This document shows positions 1-10,095 of a DNA stretch of 64,000 bases, piece by piece (positions within the stretch are counted from its first letter, which is position 1; the number at the start of each line of letters is the position of its first letter). Below the pieces are notes generated by a model, which saw nothing but the letters and a program-made list of their open reading frames with translations, ran no database searches and was not told the DNA's origin. The stretch covers positions 12,301 to 76,300 of the forward strand of contig JBPOJN010000042.1 of the NCBI GenBank assembly GCA_052033505.1. The letters run 5' to 3'. The stretch is from Myxococcota bacterium. Its GTDB lineage: Bacteria > UBA10199 > JACPAL01 > GCA-016699445. The position numbers and the translations under genes are program-made.

Positions 1-643
1 TCCTCAATTTGCAGCCGACTTGGTAAACGCCTACATCCGGGAGCTTGCGAATCACATCAATGAGAACGCATTTACGGTTGCCAAGCGAAATAGAATTTTC
101 ATTGAGGGCCAACTCGAGAGAAATAAGACAGAACTATTGGAGTTGGGCCGCGAGTTATCGAAGTTTTATTCCAATAATAGAGTATCCAATGTTACTCCGA
201 ATCTCGATGTCTCACTTTTGAATTCTCCCTCTGAACTTCAAGGAAGAACAGAAGAAGATGTTCTGGGAGGAGTTGCAGACGTGCCCCAGCCTTTTCAGAA
301 GATGGGGAATGAAAACTTAGAATCGTTGAGTGAAACCCAAAATGTCGTAAAAAAAGTCGTTCAAGATATCCCCCAGCAGGCATACCTTCAATACTTAACG
401 TTTCAGAGAGAGTCATTGAGGCAGATCAATACACTTCTTATTCAACAATTTGAAATTTCAAAAATTGACGAAGTGAAAGAAGAATTAAGATTTCAGGTTA
501 TCGATGCGGCCCGTGTGCCGGTTGCCAGGTTCAAACCAAAACGCCGGATGGTAGCCTTGTCGTTTATGGTCGGCGCAGGTTTTCTCTCATTGGTCTTCGT
601 CTTTTGTGTGGAATACTTAAAAAAGGCGAAAGTTCTTTCGTAG
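1..643 (+). CDS. polysaccharide chain-length determinant (Wzz/GumC-like), C-terminal part; 5' end lies outside the window
   Basis: The frame is open from nt 2, with no stop before the TTG at 20. A coiled-coil-like region is followed by 'RFQVIDAARVPVARFKPKRRM' and a terminal TM helix, which is the GNVR-type C-terminus typical of PCP/Wzz proteins. Confidence 0.55.
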   Translation, partial: PQFAADLVNAYIRELANHINENAFTVAKRNRIFIEGQLERNKTELLELGRELSKFYSNNRVSNVTPNLDVSLLNSPSELQGRTEEDVLGGVADVPQPFQKMGNENLESLSETQNVVKKVVQDIPQQAYLQYLTFQRESLRQINTLLIQQFEISKIDEVKEELRFQVIDAARVPVARFKPKRRMVALSFMVGAGFLSLVFVFCVEYLKKAKVLS

Positions 644-703
644 GAATTGAGGACGCAACTTTTTAGTTGTTCCGACGATCACTCCAGAAATCCGAGGTGA
701 TTC

Positions 704-1879
704 ATGTCTATTTCAAATTTCAATAATCCACTGAGAGCGTTACCGCTTGCCGCCTCTTTGACTGCCATGGCTGCTTGCGCGTTTGAACCGACGGGAGTAG
801 CCCCCCCCCTGGATGCCTTGTCTCCGGATACGCTTACTGATGCAGGGATTGATTCCAGGAACCCGGCAGCGGGGCCGGCAGTTCTGCTGCCTATGGCGCA
901 AGGTTCCTACCCCTCGAACGCCATCTTTGCTTTGTTGGGCGGAGGAGAGGTCCCTTCCAGATTGTCTATTACGGCGCGTGAGTTTTGTTGGGGGCCTGCA
1001 GTGGATGTGCAAGCCGGTTCTTGCGCAAATACAACGCTGGTTCAGGATCCGATAAACTACACCGTTTTGGAGCCAGTGACCTCAGGTTTTAATGGAGCTG
1101 TTAGGGGGAGGTTAATTTACGATGATGGGAGCACATCGGAATTAGGGGCAGCGGTATTGTTCTCGATCGATGGCTCGCGCCTGCTCAATTATGATTTTGG
1201 CGAAGCCTTCGGTCCGACGGCGCTCGATTCCAGCGGTTTTTCCCATAATGCAACTTTGATGAACGGACCTGTAAGGCATATGGATGCTGCAGGTGGGTAC
1301 CTGACCTTTAATAATTCGAACGCTGTTTTGGTGGATAATAGCGCTGACCTCACGGAAGGTTCGGTTGGCTTTACTCTTTCTGCCAAGATTAGGACTACAA
1401 TTGAGCAGGAAAGTCCTATTGTCTCGAAATGGTATTCCGGGCCCGCTACGTCGTATGTCTTGAGGTCGAGAATAGTGGGCGGGGTTATGGTAGCGGCGGT
1501 TTCGGTCAATGGAAGAGCGCCTGATCTCGTTGGGACGACTCAGCTCAATGATGGAAACTGGCATTTGTTAACAATGACTTATGATAGTGCCAACGGGCTT
1601 TTGAGAGTTTATTGCGATGGTGCTCTGGACGGGCAAACGACAGTAGCTTCGCCGACACCGATCGTGAACAGCGAAGAATCAATTAGCATCGGTCGCTACT
1701 ATGATGAAGCGACTCCACCGGTTGCTCAGTCAACAGGTTGGCAAGGGGATGTTACAAATGTCCGTATGACGGGCCGCGTTCTTGATCCCCTGAATTATGT
1801 CGGAAAAAACGAGCAATGTACCCAGTTGGCCGAGAACGGACAAGTGCTTCCCGCGGGTTCCCCCTGTCTTACCGAGTAA
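704..1879 (+). CDS. lipoprotein with LamG/concanavalin-A-like lectin domain
   Basis: ATG is preceded by GAGGTGA. Signal peptide with lipobox (LTAMAAC). 'NDGNWHLLTMTYDSANGLLRVYCDGALDG' is the classic LamG_3 core. Confidence 0.6.
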   Translation: MSISNFNNPLRALPLAASLTAMAACAFEPTGVAPPLDALSPDTLTDAGIDSRNPAAGPAVLLPMAQGSYPSNAIFALLGGGEVPSRLSITAREFCWGPAVDVQAGSCANTTLVQDPINYTVLEPVTSGFNGAVRGRLIYDDGSTSELGAAVLFSIDGSRLLNYDFGEAFGPTALDSSGFSHNATLMNGPVRHMDAAGGYLTFNNSNAVLVDNSADLTEGSVGFTLSAKIRTTIEQESPIVSKWYSGPATSYVLRSRIVGGVMVAAVSVNGRAPDLVGTTQLNDGNWHLLTMTYDSANGLLRVYCDGALDGQTTVASPTPIVNSEESISIGRYYDEATPPVAQSTGWQGDVTNVRMTGRVLDPLNYVGKNEQCTQLAENGQVLPAGSPCLTE

Positions 1880-3521
1880 AGTTGACGCCAAGCATAGCGG
1901 TGACGTTGTTTCCCCTGTTGCTGCGTACAAAACCTGCATTCCAAACGTGCTCATAGCCTGCACCCATTTCCACTCTAATTTTTTTGGTACAGCGCCAAGA
2001 GAGGTTTGTTCGACCGCGGAAGCGGTGTTCTGCCGGATTGTTTTGAGTCTGGATGATATCGATCAACTCCGAGCCTGAGAGGAGGGCGCCGAAATGATCG
2101 CTGTCCCGTCTTTCGTAGCTCAAGAGAGTCGTCCAGCGTGATGAAGGGTTGATGTCGTAATTTATTTTGGCGGCAATGCTGTCTCCATCGGGGCCGAGTT
2201 CGGATCCGAGAATACGTCCGTTGAGCACGTGGCCCGAGAGGTATCGCCCATGCCTATAAACCCCTCCGGGTATGTGTTGATACTCGAACCTGAGATCCAA
2301 ATCCCCTTCGTTGGTCAAGGTCGGAAAGTAGAGACCGAAAGCATAGGCCGCGTTATCTTCGAAGAGAACTTTTAGTTCCTTATTCATGTCCTCAAATCCG
2401 ATTTCCCCATACACAACCGCATTGCGCACAAAAGGCAGGGTCAGCCGGGCGTCGAGACTAAACAGTCGGTTGGTGTCCGCCGTTTGCTGTTTGTTTTTAG
2501 TAAAGGCGCTGAAAACTCCGGTGAATTCTCCGATGGCCTCGGCGACGCTGGGATCGTCTGCTCCCCGTCCTCCCATCGTGATGGCGTGATTTAGGCCCAT
2601 TTCCAGGAATGAAAATGGTTTCAGCGTCCATTTAAATCCTGAAAGGATGGCCCTCGGCAGAATCCTCTCGGGGCCTAAGTCCGCGAAGAAAACCTGGATG
2701 GCATTCAATCCCAGATGCCGGAAAATCCAAGGGAGGAAAAAAGGAGAAGAATTTCCCAACTTGATCATGTCGAGGGGTCTTGCGTTATTGGAAAATAGCA
2801 ATCCTCCAAACTCTCCTTGGCCCCAAACGAGCGAGTCCCGTCCGGCTTGGATTTCGAAATTTTTGTAGGCGAATTTTCCGTAAAGTTGTTGAAAGGCTGC
2901 GTTGATTTTGTTGGATCCCGTGTTCGGTACTAAAACCTCAAGTCTGGGGCGGACGTAAAGAGAGGCATATTTCGTGAGCTGGGCTACGTGAGCCGTTTCC
3001 AACCCTAGAGTATTCCCATCGACGTAATGTCGACCTTCTCGATAGGCAACCAGAGGGTTGATACGTGCCTCGATCTCGCCGAGGCCGTTTTGTTGAGGCA
3101 CGGCGCGGGAGGGGCTATCCAGAAACGTATAATCAAAACGAACGGACTCCAGAGGATAGATTCGAAGTGTTTTGGGGCTATCGGATAATTCTTCTCGGTA
3201 GTCGCTTTTGAGACGTCTTAGTAAATCATCGATTGCGATGACTTTTGAAATTTCGCGGTCATCCGGCGTCAAAAGGCCCCTGTCTTCTGAATTTTTCTCC
3301 GCTTCTAGGATCATCCTCGCAATTTCTTTCCGACTCCAAGGCCTTTGTCCGTAAATCGCGTCTTTGATGAGACCGAAGGCAATGAGTTTATCGAGGTCGC
3401 GATAAACAGAATCATCCACCGGTACGTTGGAGGTACTGTAAGCGCTGGCCGAAAGAGATGAAGGCAATGCAGTGATAAGGATCAAAGAGAGAAAAACAAT
3501 CAGAGCCCCGGAACTTTTCAT
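1869..3521 (-). CDS. Wzi-like outer-membrane (capsule-assembly family) beta-barrel protein
   Basis: Signal peptide, then an N-terminal 'DDSVYRDLDKLIAFGLIKDAIYGQRPWSRKEIARMI' helix motif resembling Wzi, followed by a long beta-rich, Gly/aromatic-alternating body. I moved the start to the ATG at 3521, which forms an ATGA overlap with the stop of the upstream MMPL gene. Confidence 0.5.
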   Translation of the reverse strand: MKSSGALIVFLSLILITALPSSLSASAYSTSNVPVDDSVYRDLDKLIAFGLIKDAIYGQRPWSRKEIARMILEAEKNSEDRGLLTPDDREISKVIAIDDLLRRLKSDYREELSDSPKTLRIYPLESVRFDYTFLDSPSRAVPQQNGLGEIEARINPLVAYREGRHYVDGNTLGLETAHVAQLTKYASLYVRPRLEVLVPNTGSNKINAAFQQLYGKFAYKNFEIQAGRDSLVWGQGEFGGLLFSNNARPLDMIKLGNSSPFFLPWIFRHLGLNAIQVFFADLGPERILPRAILSGFKWTLKPFSFLEMGLNHAITMGGRGADDPSVAEAIGEFTGVFSAFTKNKQQTADTNRLFSLDARLTLPFVRNAVVYGEIGFEDMNKELKVLFEDNAAYAFGLYFPTLTNEGDLDLRFEYQHIPGGVYRHGRYLSGHVLNGRILGSELGPDGDSIAAKINYDINPSSRWTTLLSYERRDSDHFGALLSGSELIDIIQTQNNPAEHRFRGRTNLSWRCTKKIRVEMGAGYEHVWNAGFVRSNRGNNVTAMLGVNFTR

Positions 3522-5950
3522 TTCTTCGCCTTCGTCACCCACTGCAGGAAGGGTGGGAACCAGACCAAGGTCGTGATCGTGCAGATCAAAATGCCGACGA
3601 AGCAGAGCAGTCCGAAGGAGCGGATGCCGCCCATGTCTGCGAATCCGAGGGAGCCGAACCCGACCAGGGTTGTGATCGCGGCGCCTAAGATGGGGCGGAA
3701 GCTGACGGAATAGCTTTTACGGAGCGAGTCGGAGCGGTTGTCCATCACGCGCTGGAAGAGATGCACGCCGTAGTCGTCGGCCGTTCCCAAGATGATCGGG
3801 ATCGCGGCGAGATTGATGATGTTGAAAGGTATATTCAAGAGCCCCATCCAGCCCACGGTAGCAGCGAGCCCTATCAAGAGCGGTGACATGACCAGGAACG
3901 TGAGTTTTAGCGATTTGAAATTAAACCAAAGCGCCAGGATGATCATGCCGACCGTGAAGAGTACGACGTAGCGCGACTCGCGGAAGAGTAGGTCGACAAT
4001 TTCATAGAAAACCGTGGATTCGCCCGAGGAAAAAAATGGTCCCTTGCAATCCGTGCATTGCGTCCCGCGGATTTCCTCCACGAACCTCATGAAACGGTCG
4101 GTCCGCGTGGTGTCGAAGTTCGGGAAAATGAAGACCAAGCGTCCCACCGATCCTTCGCGGTCCATGAATTTCTGGCGGATTTGTTCCGGGACGTCTTCAT
4201 AGGTGATTTTCTTGGGCGACAACATCGGCATCATTTCGTCGTAGGATTTTTGTTCTTCGGCGTTCAAAACCCGCTTGATTTGGGGCGTGAAGAGTTTGCG
4301 GATCTCTTCGATCTTCCGCATTTTCTCTTCTTGGTGATCGGGGACGAAGTCGCCCAAGGACAACACGCCCTTGATGGTTGTGCCTTGGGGTGAGGCTTCA
4401 TTTTTCTTCTGCACCGCGCGCAGCGCCGCCGCAGCTTTCTTCGCGTCGTCAAAATCAGAGGCGAGGCCCACTTCGGGGTTCACCGTGTGATTGAAAATAC
4501 CGTCGATCTTGCGGTCCAGATCCTTGGTCTCTTGTTGTCCTAGGATGTGGTTTAAGTTGTAGTCAAAATAGGGACGGCCTTTCAACAGCATGAGCAGCGG
4601 CGCGAGGAGTAGGAAAGACGTGAGGACGAGGTTTTTCTTCGAGAACAGCCAGCGCATCCAGCCCCTCGAAAAATGCTGATCGTCGGCACTCCATTCCTTT
4701 GGCCCTTCTTTCACCGTAATTTTTTCGGGCCAACGTCTTTCGGTCAGGATGACGAGCGGGGCAAACAGCAGGATGAAAGACGCCGCGCAGAGGATGATGC
4801 CGACGCCGGAAATGATACCCATCTCGTGCAAGGCCTTGAAGCGCGTGAGTCCCAGCGAAAAGAAAGCCGCGGACGTGGTCGAGGACGCCGCGATGAAGGC
4901 CCCGCCCAAGTGTCCGATGGATTCGATCAAGGCCTTCTCGGTCGGCTCTCCCAAGATACGGTGCCGGCGGTATTCGGAATAAAAATGGATGCCGTAGTCG
5001 GCGGCCAACCCCAAGAGAATCGCGCAGCAAGCGGAGCTGAAGAGGTTCAAGGAACCGAAAAGCGCGTAGGCCATGCCTAAGGACCAAAAACTGCTAATGG
5101 TGAGTGGGATCCCGATCAAGGTTACGGCCCTCTTCCGGCGGAAATGGAAAATCAGGTAGAGGATAGAACCCACGAACGACAGGACGGAGACAAATTTAGC
5201 GTCGTCCAGGAGGATTTGTTTCTGCGTGAGTTGCTTGATGTAGGGACCGGTCAGCCGGACGTTTAAGGACGCGTCGTAAGAATGTGGATTCAGTTCCGCG
5301 ATGACCCCCTGAATTTTCCCCAGAAATTCTTGGGTTTTCGCGACGTCGGTGGATCGCCAATCCGGCTTGATGAACGAAGCGAAAAGGGTGCCGGCCTTGT
5401 TTTGGTAATGTTTGTTGGGCGAGAGATAAGCGGCGTATTTGCCCTGCAGGTCCTGGATCTCGTTCTCCAAAGCGTCGCCGCTGGATTCGAAATCGATGTA
5501 GAGGCGCGTTTTCTTCAACTTCTCCTGTTCGATGCGTCTTTCGATGCGGTTGTGGAGATCGTCCAAGTCATCGAGAGACAGGAAGAGTAGCGAAGATTTC
5601 CGAAAAAAATCGATCGGGGTTTCGTCGTCGATATAACGAAGCTGAAAGTCGGGATGAGCCGCAAGACGGGTTTTCAAGTCCCCTAAAAAACGAACGGCGG
5701 CTTCCGGCGACTGGGTTTCCACGGCGACGACGATGAAGCTCGCGCCTCCGACGGTTTTTTCCAAAGTCTTGGCCTGCTGAACGACCGGGTTGTCTTCCGG
5801 CAGCAGATCGCTGAAATTCGTGCGGATCTGGAGGCGTTGGATTGCCAAGAGCGAAATGAGGGTAAGCAACGCGCCCAGGAGCAGAACAAATTTCGGGTAC
5901 TTGATCGACCAGCGCACGAAGTCCGAAATTTTTCTTTCCAGGAAAGGCAT
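3518..5950 (-). CDS. MMPL/RND-superfamily lipid exporter (HpnN/MmpL-like)
   Basis: Two blocks of about 6 TM helices each follow a large soluble loop. The N-terminus 'MPFLERKISDFVRWSIKYPKFVLLLGALLTLISLLAIQRLQIRTNFSDLLPE' is typical of the family. I chose the start at internal Met57 (5950) because the longer ORF is Arg-rich and overlaps the PAP2 gene. Confidence 0.8.
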   Translation of the reverse strand: MPFLERKISDFVRWSIKYPKFVLLLGALLTLISLLAIQRLQIRTNFSDLLPEDNPVVQQAKTLEKTVGGASFIVVAVETQSPEAAVRFLGDLKTRLAAHPDFQLRYIDDETPIDFFRKSSLLFLSLDDLDDLHNRIERRIEQEKLKKTRLYIDFESSGDALENEIQDLQGKYAAYLSPNKHYQNKAGTLFASFIKPDWRSTDVAKTQEFLGKIQGVIAELNPHSYDASLNVRLTGPYIKQLTQKQILLDDAKFVSVLSFVGSILYLIFHFRRKRAVTLIGIPLTISSFWSLGMAYALFGSLNLFSSACCAILLGLAADYGIHFYSEYRRHRILGEPTEKALIESIGHLGGAFIAASSTTSAAFFSLGLTRFKALHEMGIISGVGIILCAASFILLFAPLVILTERRWPEKITVKEGPKEWSADDQHFSRGWMRWLFSKKNLVLTSFLLLAPLLMLLKGRPYFDYNLNHILGQQETKDLDRKIDGIFNHTVNPEVGLASDFDDAKKAAAALRAVQKKNEASPQGTTIKGVLSLGDFVPDHQEEKMRKIEEIRKLFTPQIKRVLNAEEQKSYDEMMPMLSPKKITYEDVPEQIRQKFMDREGSVGRLVFIFPNFDTTRTDRFMRFVEEIRGTQCTDCKGPFFSSGESTVFYEIVDLLFRESRYVVLFTVGMIILALWFNFKSLKLTFLVMSPLLIGLAATVGWMGLLNIPFNIINLAAIPIILGTADDYGVHLFQRVMDNRSDSLRKSYSVSFRPILGAAITTLVGFGSLGFADMGGIRSFGLLCFVGILICTITTLVWFPPFLQWVTKAKK

Positions 5951-5985
5951 GAGGCCGTGAGGGGTAGCGGATTGGCCCCGCGAGA

Positions 5986-6894
5986 TCAATTGGAATGAAG
6001 AAGCGCCTTGCGCGGTCCGAATAAGACGCGGCTTAAGCACATGGCGAGAACCACGTAAGTGACGCCGACGATCAGGTCGATGACGTAGTGGTGGTTTAAA
6101 TAGACGGCCGAAAACCACATCCAGACCATGAAGACGCCTAAGTAGGGCGAGAGCTTACGGAACGACCTAAGCGACCACAGGAAGGTCAGTGTGGGAAATC
6201 CCGCGTGCATGGATGGGATCGCTCCGTAAAGCCAGGCGCTTTTGGCGTAAATATTCTGAAAGTAGGGAAAATGCAGTAGCTGGTCGAACCGCACCATGCC
6301 CGCGGCTTGGGGTACGAACGACCAATCTCCGGGATGAAATCCATACTGCGCGACGTACCAAGGCGGCGCGACCGGCAGAAGAATATAAGTCGCGAAAGCC
6401 ATGAGGTTTATGAGCAGGAAGGTCGCGTTGAACAGTCGTCCTTCGCGGTGGTTTTTACGCCACATCAAGAAAGAAAAAGAGATCGGGACGACGACGTGCA
6501 TCGCGTAGGCCAGGGACGCGAATACGTCGAGTATCGTATGCGTGTGCCGGGCCAGAATTTCATTCAGCGTTTGTGGTGGATGCCCGAAGCCGAAGAGAAG
6601 GAGTTCGAGCTTGTAGGGCCCCTCGACGTGAATATGGCCCGCCGAAGTCTTGGGGAAAATACGCAAAAAATCGTACAGGATTCCGAAGAGGGCCATCGGC
6701 GAAAAATCGATCGCGAACTGGCGCGACTTCGGGTGTAAAAAATAACACGAGACGAGGAATCCCGCTAAAAACAAATGCTCCAACCTCAGTCCCATCGTTT
6801 TTTGGATCAGTAAAAAATAAAGCAAGGCCAAAGCGATCGGGACGATATTCGCGACGGGAATCAGGGGATTTTTAGGGGCGTTTTGAGAGGTCAT
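5986..6894 (-). CDS. PAP2-superfamily membrane enzyme, Aur1/IPC-synthase-like (PAP2_3)
   Basis: Polytopic membrane protein with 'IPSMHAGFP' and 'NHHYVIDLIVG', matching the C2/C3 motifs of the inositol-phosphorylceramide-synthase branch of PAP2. Confidence 0.6.
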   Translation of the reverse strand: MTSQNAPKNPLIPVANIVPIALALLYFLLIQKTMGLRLEHLFLAGFLVSCYFLHPKSRQFAIDFSPMALFGILYDFLRIFPKTSAGHIHVEGPYKLELLLFGFGHPPQTLNEILARHTHTILDVFASLAYAMHVVVPISFSFLMWRKNHREGRLFNATFLLINLMAFATYILLPVAPPWYVAQYGFHPGDWSFVPQAAGMVRFDQLLHFPYFQNIYAKSAWLYGAIPSMHAGFPTLTFLWSLRSFRKLSPYLGVFMVWMWFSAVYLNHHYVIDLIVGVTYVVLAMCLSRVLFGPRKALLHSN

Positions 6895-6903
6895 GACGAC
6901 TCT

Positions 6904-7872
6904 TTAAAAAATGACGTTCAAGGCTTGCGGCAATATATCCATTTCGGCCGGAAGCGTGCCCAAGGCCTCGCCGTCGATCTCCACGCCGACCGACGCGTTT
7001 TCGGCTTTTAAGATGACCGAGGAGACGCGTTCGGTCACGACGCCGGAAACTCGGTGAAAGAGCTTCTGATAAAGCTTCATCAGACTGTACGGGATTTTGT
7101 AAAAAGCGAAATCCGGTATCACGATCAAGTCCAGGCATCCGTCCGCGAGGTCGGCGCGCGCGGCGATCGGCATCCCACCTCCGAAGTAGCGGCCGTTGGC
7201 GACGACGACGGCCAAGGGTTTTTCGGGGAATACGAGTGGTTTTTTGGTTTCCGCTTTCTGGGACATTTTGACCGTGATCGGCCGTGGCTTCCAAGCCCTG
7301 CGGCTGTCTAGCGTGGCGCCCAGGTAAGCGAGTTTTTTGCCGAGCAGCGTGCGGAAACGTCCCACGCGCTTGATGACCTCCGCGCTTAAGCCCGCGCTCG
7401 CGATATTGACGAAGAGGCGCGTCTTGGGGCCGCCCATGCTTTGGAACGAAATCCGTCCCACATCGATCTTGCGGGCCTTGCGCGTGGCGAGAATGTGGAT
7501 CTGTTGGTCGATGTCGGCGGGGATGCCTAAGGTCTTGATGAAATCCATGCCCGTACCGACGCCGATGATGCCTAAAGTCGGTCGTGAGGCTGCGTCGAGA
7601 TGCGATGTGTCCAGCCGTGCTGAGTCTTTCTTCTCGAAGAGACCGTTGACGACCTCGCTGACGGTGCCGTCGCCGCCGTAGGCCACGACAAGATCATAAC
7701 CGTTCGCGCGCGCCTCCGCTGCCAGGCATTCGGCGTGACCGATGGAGGTCGACATTTCGAACGAGAAATCACCCAGGCGCTTTTGTAGTTCCGCGGCCAC
7801 ATGGGGCCACTGGGTGCGGCCAGTGTTGCCTCCGGCGTAAGGATTTACCACGACGAAAACTTTTCGTTTCAT
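6904..7872 (-). CDS. DAGK-catalytic-domain lipid kinase (YegS/BmrU/LCB5 family)
   Basis: 'VFVVVNPYAGG', 'VVAYGGDGTVSEVVNGL' and 'GIIGVGTGMDF' are signatures of diacylglycerol/sphingosine/ceramide-kinase-type lipid kinases. Confidence 0.8.
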   Translation of the reverse strand: MKRKVFVVVNPYAGGNTGRTQWPHVAAELQKRLGDFSFEMSTSIGHAECLAAEARANGYDLVVAYGGDGTVSEVVNGLFEKKDSARLDTSHLDAASRPTLGIIGVGTGMDFIKTLGIPADIDQQIHILATRKARKIDVGRISFQSMGGPKTRLFVNIASAGLSAEVIKRVGRFRTLLGKKLAYLGATLDSRRAWKPRPITVKMSQKAETKKPLVFPEKPLAVVVANGRYFGGGMPIAARADLADGCLDLIVIPDFAFYKIPYSLMKLYQKLFHRVSGVVTERVSSVILKAENASVGVEIDGEALGTLPAEMDILPQALNVIF

Positions 7873-8474
7873 AAGACGTGCACCGTTCCCCGCGATTTTT
7901 GAACCAGGCGTTTCAAGGCCGCGATCTCCGCTTCCAATCGCGCCCCCGGGCCGACGAGCGCCAATTTAAGCTGAGAGTCTCGTGTCTCCGCCTCCATCAT
8001 AAAAAGCGGCCGGAGACCACTGTTTGAAAGGTCTTTGAGAAAGTTTCTTTTCTGTGTTTCGGTTTTGAATGTGATCGAAACATCGCGCCGTGCCGGAGGA
8101 AAAGGGCAGATGCGAAAAATGCCTTCGACGATGCGCCCGTAAGCGTTTCCCGAGCCGATGAAGATTTGTTTCAAATCCGGCCCTGTGGCTGCGCGCGGGA
8201 CTTTTTTTGTCCTAATGTTTTTTTTCTTCCAGACGGCCGTGAGGGATAAGCAGATGTCGTCGATCTCACCGTAACGGGGCGCATAATGGTTCGCGGCGCG
8301 GAGGGCTAAAGCTTGGCCCAAGGTTTTCACCTTCGAATCGGCAGGCAGGTAGCCCAGCGTAAATCCTTGCAGGTTCAATTCATATTCGAGAACCCCGATG
8401 TCGCGGTCGGCGGAGGCGTGCACCAAGAGATTGACGGCGTCGACGACGAGAGGTTTGGCATCACGGGGTTTCAT
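7869..8474 (-). CDS. truncated FAD-linked-oxidase-like protein (GlcE-like degenerate paralog)
   Basis: 'GPDLKQIFIGSGNAYGRIVEGIFRICPFPP' parallels 'SQDLFIGNEGTLGILTRGRFRVFPLPE' of the upstream oxidase, but the N-terminal FAD-binding half is absent. There are 4-nt start/stop overlaps on both sides. Confidence 0.45.
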   Translation of the reverse strand: MKPRDAKPLVVDAVNLLVHASADRDIGVLEYELNLQGFTLGYLPADSKVKTLGQALALRAANHYAPRYGEIDDICLSLTAVWKKKNIRTKKVPRAATGPDLKQIFIGSGNAYGRIVEGIFRICPFPPARRDVSITFKTETQKRNFLKDLSNSGLRPLFMMEAETRDSQLKLALVGPGARLEAEIAALKRLVQKSRGTVHVL

Positions 8475-10012
8475 GCGTGAAGCCCCATCTTGCCCGGGTT
8501 CATAATGCCCTTCGGGTCGAGTTTCTTTTTCAAGGTCCTGTAGAAATCCATCCCGGCCCCCAGCTCGCGCGGCAGGAATTTTCCTTTTAGAAATCCGATA
8601 CCGTGATGGTGGCTGATCGTTCCGCCGGCCTTAAGGCACGCTTCCATGGCGTCCCGCCACATGCGCACGTAGAGGTCTCGATTTTCTTCGTGGTTCTTTT
8701 TCTTGCCCACGAGCGTGAAGTAAATCGAACATCCCTCGGGATACGCATGGGAAAAATGGGCCAACGTCAGCACCTGCGGCATCAAGGCTTGTCTCATGGC
8801 ATCATACAGTCCCATGAGCCGATCCCAAGTCGTGGCGACTTCGATCGTGTCGACGACGGCGTCTTGATCCCAAAGAGGAACGAGTTTGAAAGACGCGCTA
8901 TAGCGGTGATTGAGCCAATGTAATCCCGGACCTTCGCCTTGATCCCGCCCGCCCTGGCTAAGGCAAATCTCCAAGGCTTCGGCCTCATGAGCGCGCGCGA
9001 CGTGGGCTTCGCCTTCAAAAGCCAGGACCAGCATGGCTTTTTGCGACAAACCTTCCATAGCTTTTTGGACCCACGTCGGTTTTTTCAGGAGTAACGCATA
9101 CAAACGGCCCGAAGAGCTTCCGGAGGAGTGGCCGGAAGAATGAGCTGCATCGCCTGATTGTTTCTGGCCGTATCGCAGTAAAATCGTATCGAGCGGATCA
9201 TACAGCCGCACGACGGAAGGTTTCAGGCCGGATTGCATGATGAGGCGAATGGCCTCCGACGCTTTCGCGACGTTCGCGAAAAGCACCCCGCGGTAGAGTG
9301 TCGTTTCCGGGAGAGGAAACACGCGGAAGCGGCCGCGGGTCAGGATGCCGAGCGTGCCTTCGTTTCCGATGAAAAGATCTTGAGAGCGGATTTTGGGGAA
9401 GCCGGGAACCGGCGCACCCATGCGGACCAAACGCCCGGAGGGCAATACGACTTCCACTCCTTCCGCCATGTCTTCGATTTTTCCGTATTTGGAGGAAAGT
9501 TGCCCGGCCGATCGGGCCGCTAGATAGCCGCCGATCGAGGCGCAGAACAACGACGAAGGGTAATGCCCCATCGTGTATCCCTTTTCGTTCAGTTCCAATT
9601 CCAAATGATGCCCGATCACGCCCGCCTCCGCGGTCACGGAAAACTTGCCGTTTTTTTCGACGACGGGACTGATCGCGTTCATGCGGCTCAAATCGAGCAC
9701 GATGCCGCCGTGAAGCGGCACGGTGCCTCCAGCAACTCCCGAACCCGCGCCATAGGGTACGATGGGTGTTTTGGTGCGCGAGGCGAGTTTTACGATCTTC
9801 ATGACTTCGGCTGCGTTTTTCGGGCGTACGATCACGTCCGGGAGATGGAGCTTTTTACCGGCCTTCCGATCCAACACGCAGCCCGTCATCGTATCGGCCG
9901 AATACAGAAGGCGATTCGGCGCGTCGGTGAAGACGCGCGAAGGGCCGACGATGCGCGCGAGATTTTTCCGAAGAGAGTTCCGTGACGTCACAGGGTTAAG
10001 CTTTATGGTCAA
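8471..10012 (-). CDS. FAD-binding oxidoreductase (FAD_binding_4 / FAD-oxidase_C), alkyl-DHAP-synthase-like
   Basis: 'PDVIVRPKNAAEVMKIVKLASRTKTPIVPYGAGSGVAGG' matches the PCMH FAD domain. The C-terminal 'HFSHAYPEGCSIYFT' replaces the GDGN motif of GlcD/D-lactate dehydrogenases. Assignment to the AGPS subfamily is inference. Confidence 0.75.
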   Translation of the reverse strand: MTIKLNPVTSRNSLRKNLARIVGPSRVFTDAPNRLLYSADTMTGCVLDRKAGKKLHLPDVIVRPKNAAEVMKIVKLASRTKTPIVPYGAGSGVAGGTVPLHGGIVLDLSRMNAISPVVEKNGKFSVTAEAGVIGHHLELELNEKGYTMGHYPSSLFCASIGGYLAARSAGQLSSKYGKIEDMAEGVEVVLPSGRLVRMGAPVPGFPKIRSQDLFIGNEGTLGILTRGRFRVFPLPETTLYRGVLFANVAKASEAIRLIMQSGLKPSVVRLYDPLDTILLRYGQKQSGDAAHSSGHSSGSSSGRLYALLLKKPTWVQKAMEGLSQKAMLVLAFEGEAHVARAHEAEALEICLSQGGRDQGEGPGLHWLNHRYSASFKLVPLWDQDAVVDTIEVATTWDRLMGLYDAMRQALMPQVLTLAHFSHAYPEGCSIYFTLVGKKKNHEENRDLYVRMWRDAMEACLKAGGTISHHHGIGFLKGKFLPRELGAGMDFYRTLKKKLDPKGIMNPGKMGLHA

Positions 10013-10095
10013 TTTTTACGGAAGCGTCACTTAAATTTTAGGATGCGAGATCGGTTGAGTTTTATTTTTTCCCTGTATAAGAGCTGTAGCCCTCC
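10013..10095. promoter_or_regulatory. divergent promoter region between the lipid operon and glpD
   Basis: An 83-bp AT-richer gap lies between two divergently oriented start codons. No specific operator was recognised. Confidence 0.35.

Noticed and set aside
5951-6118. 5' extension of the MMPL ORF (56 extra codons) overlapping the PAP2 gene.
   Set aside because: The extension is Arg/Pro-rich and non-coding-like. The canonical MMPL N-terminus begins at Met57 (5950).
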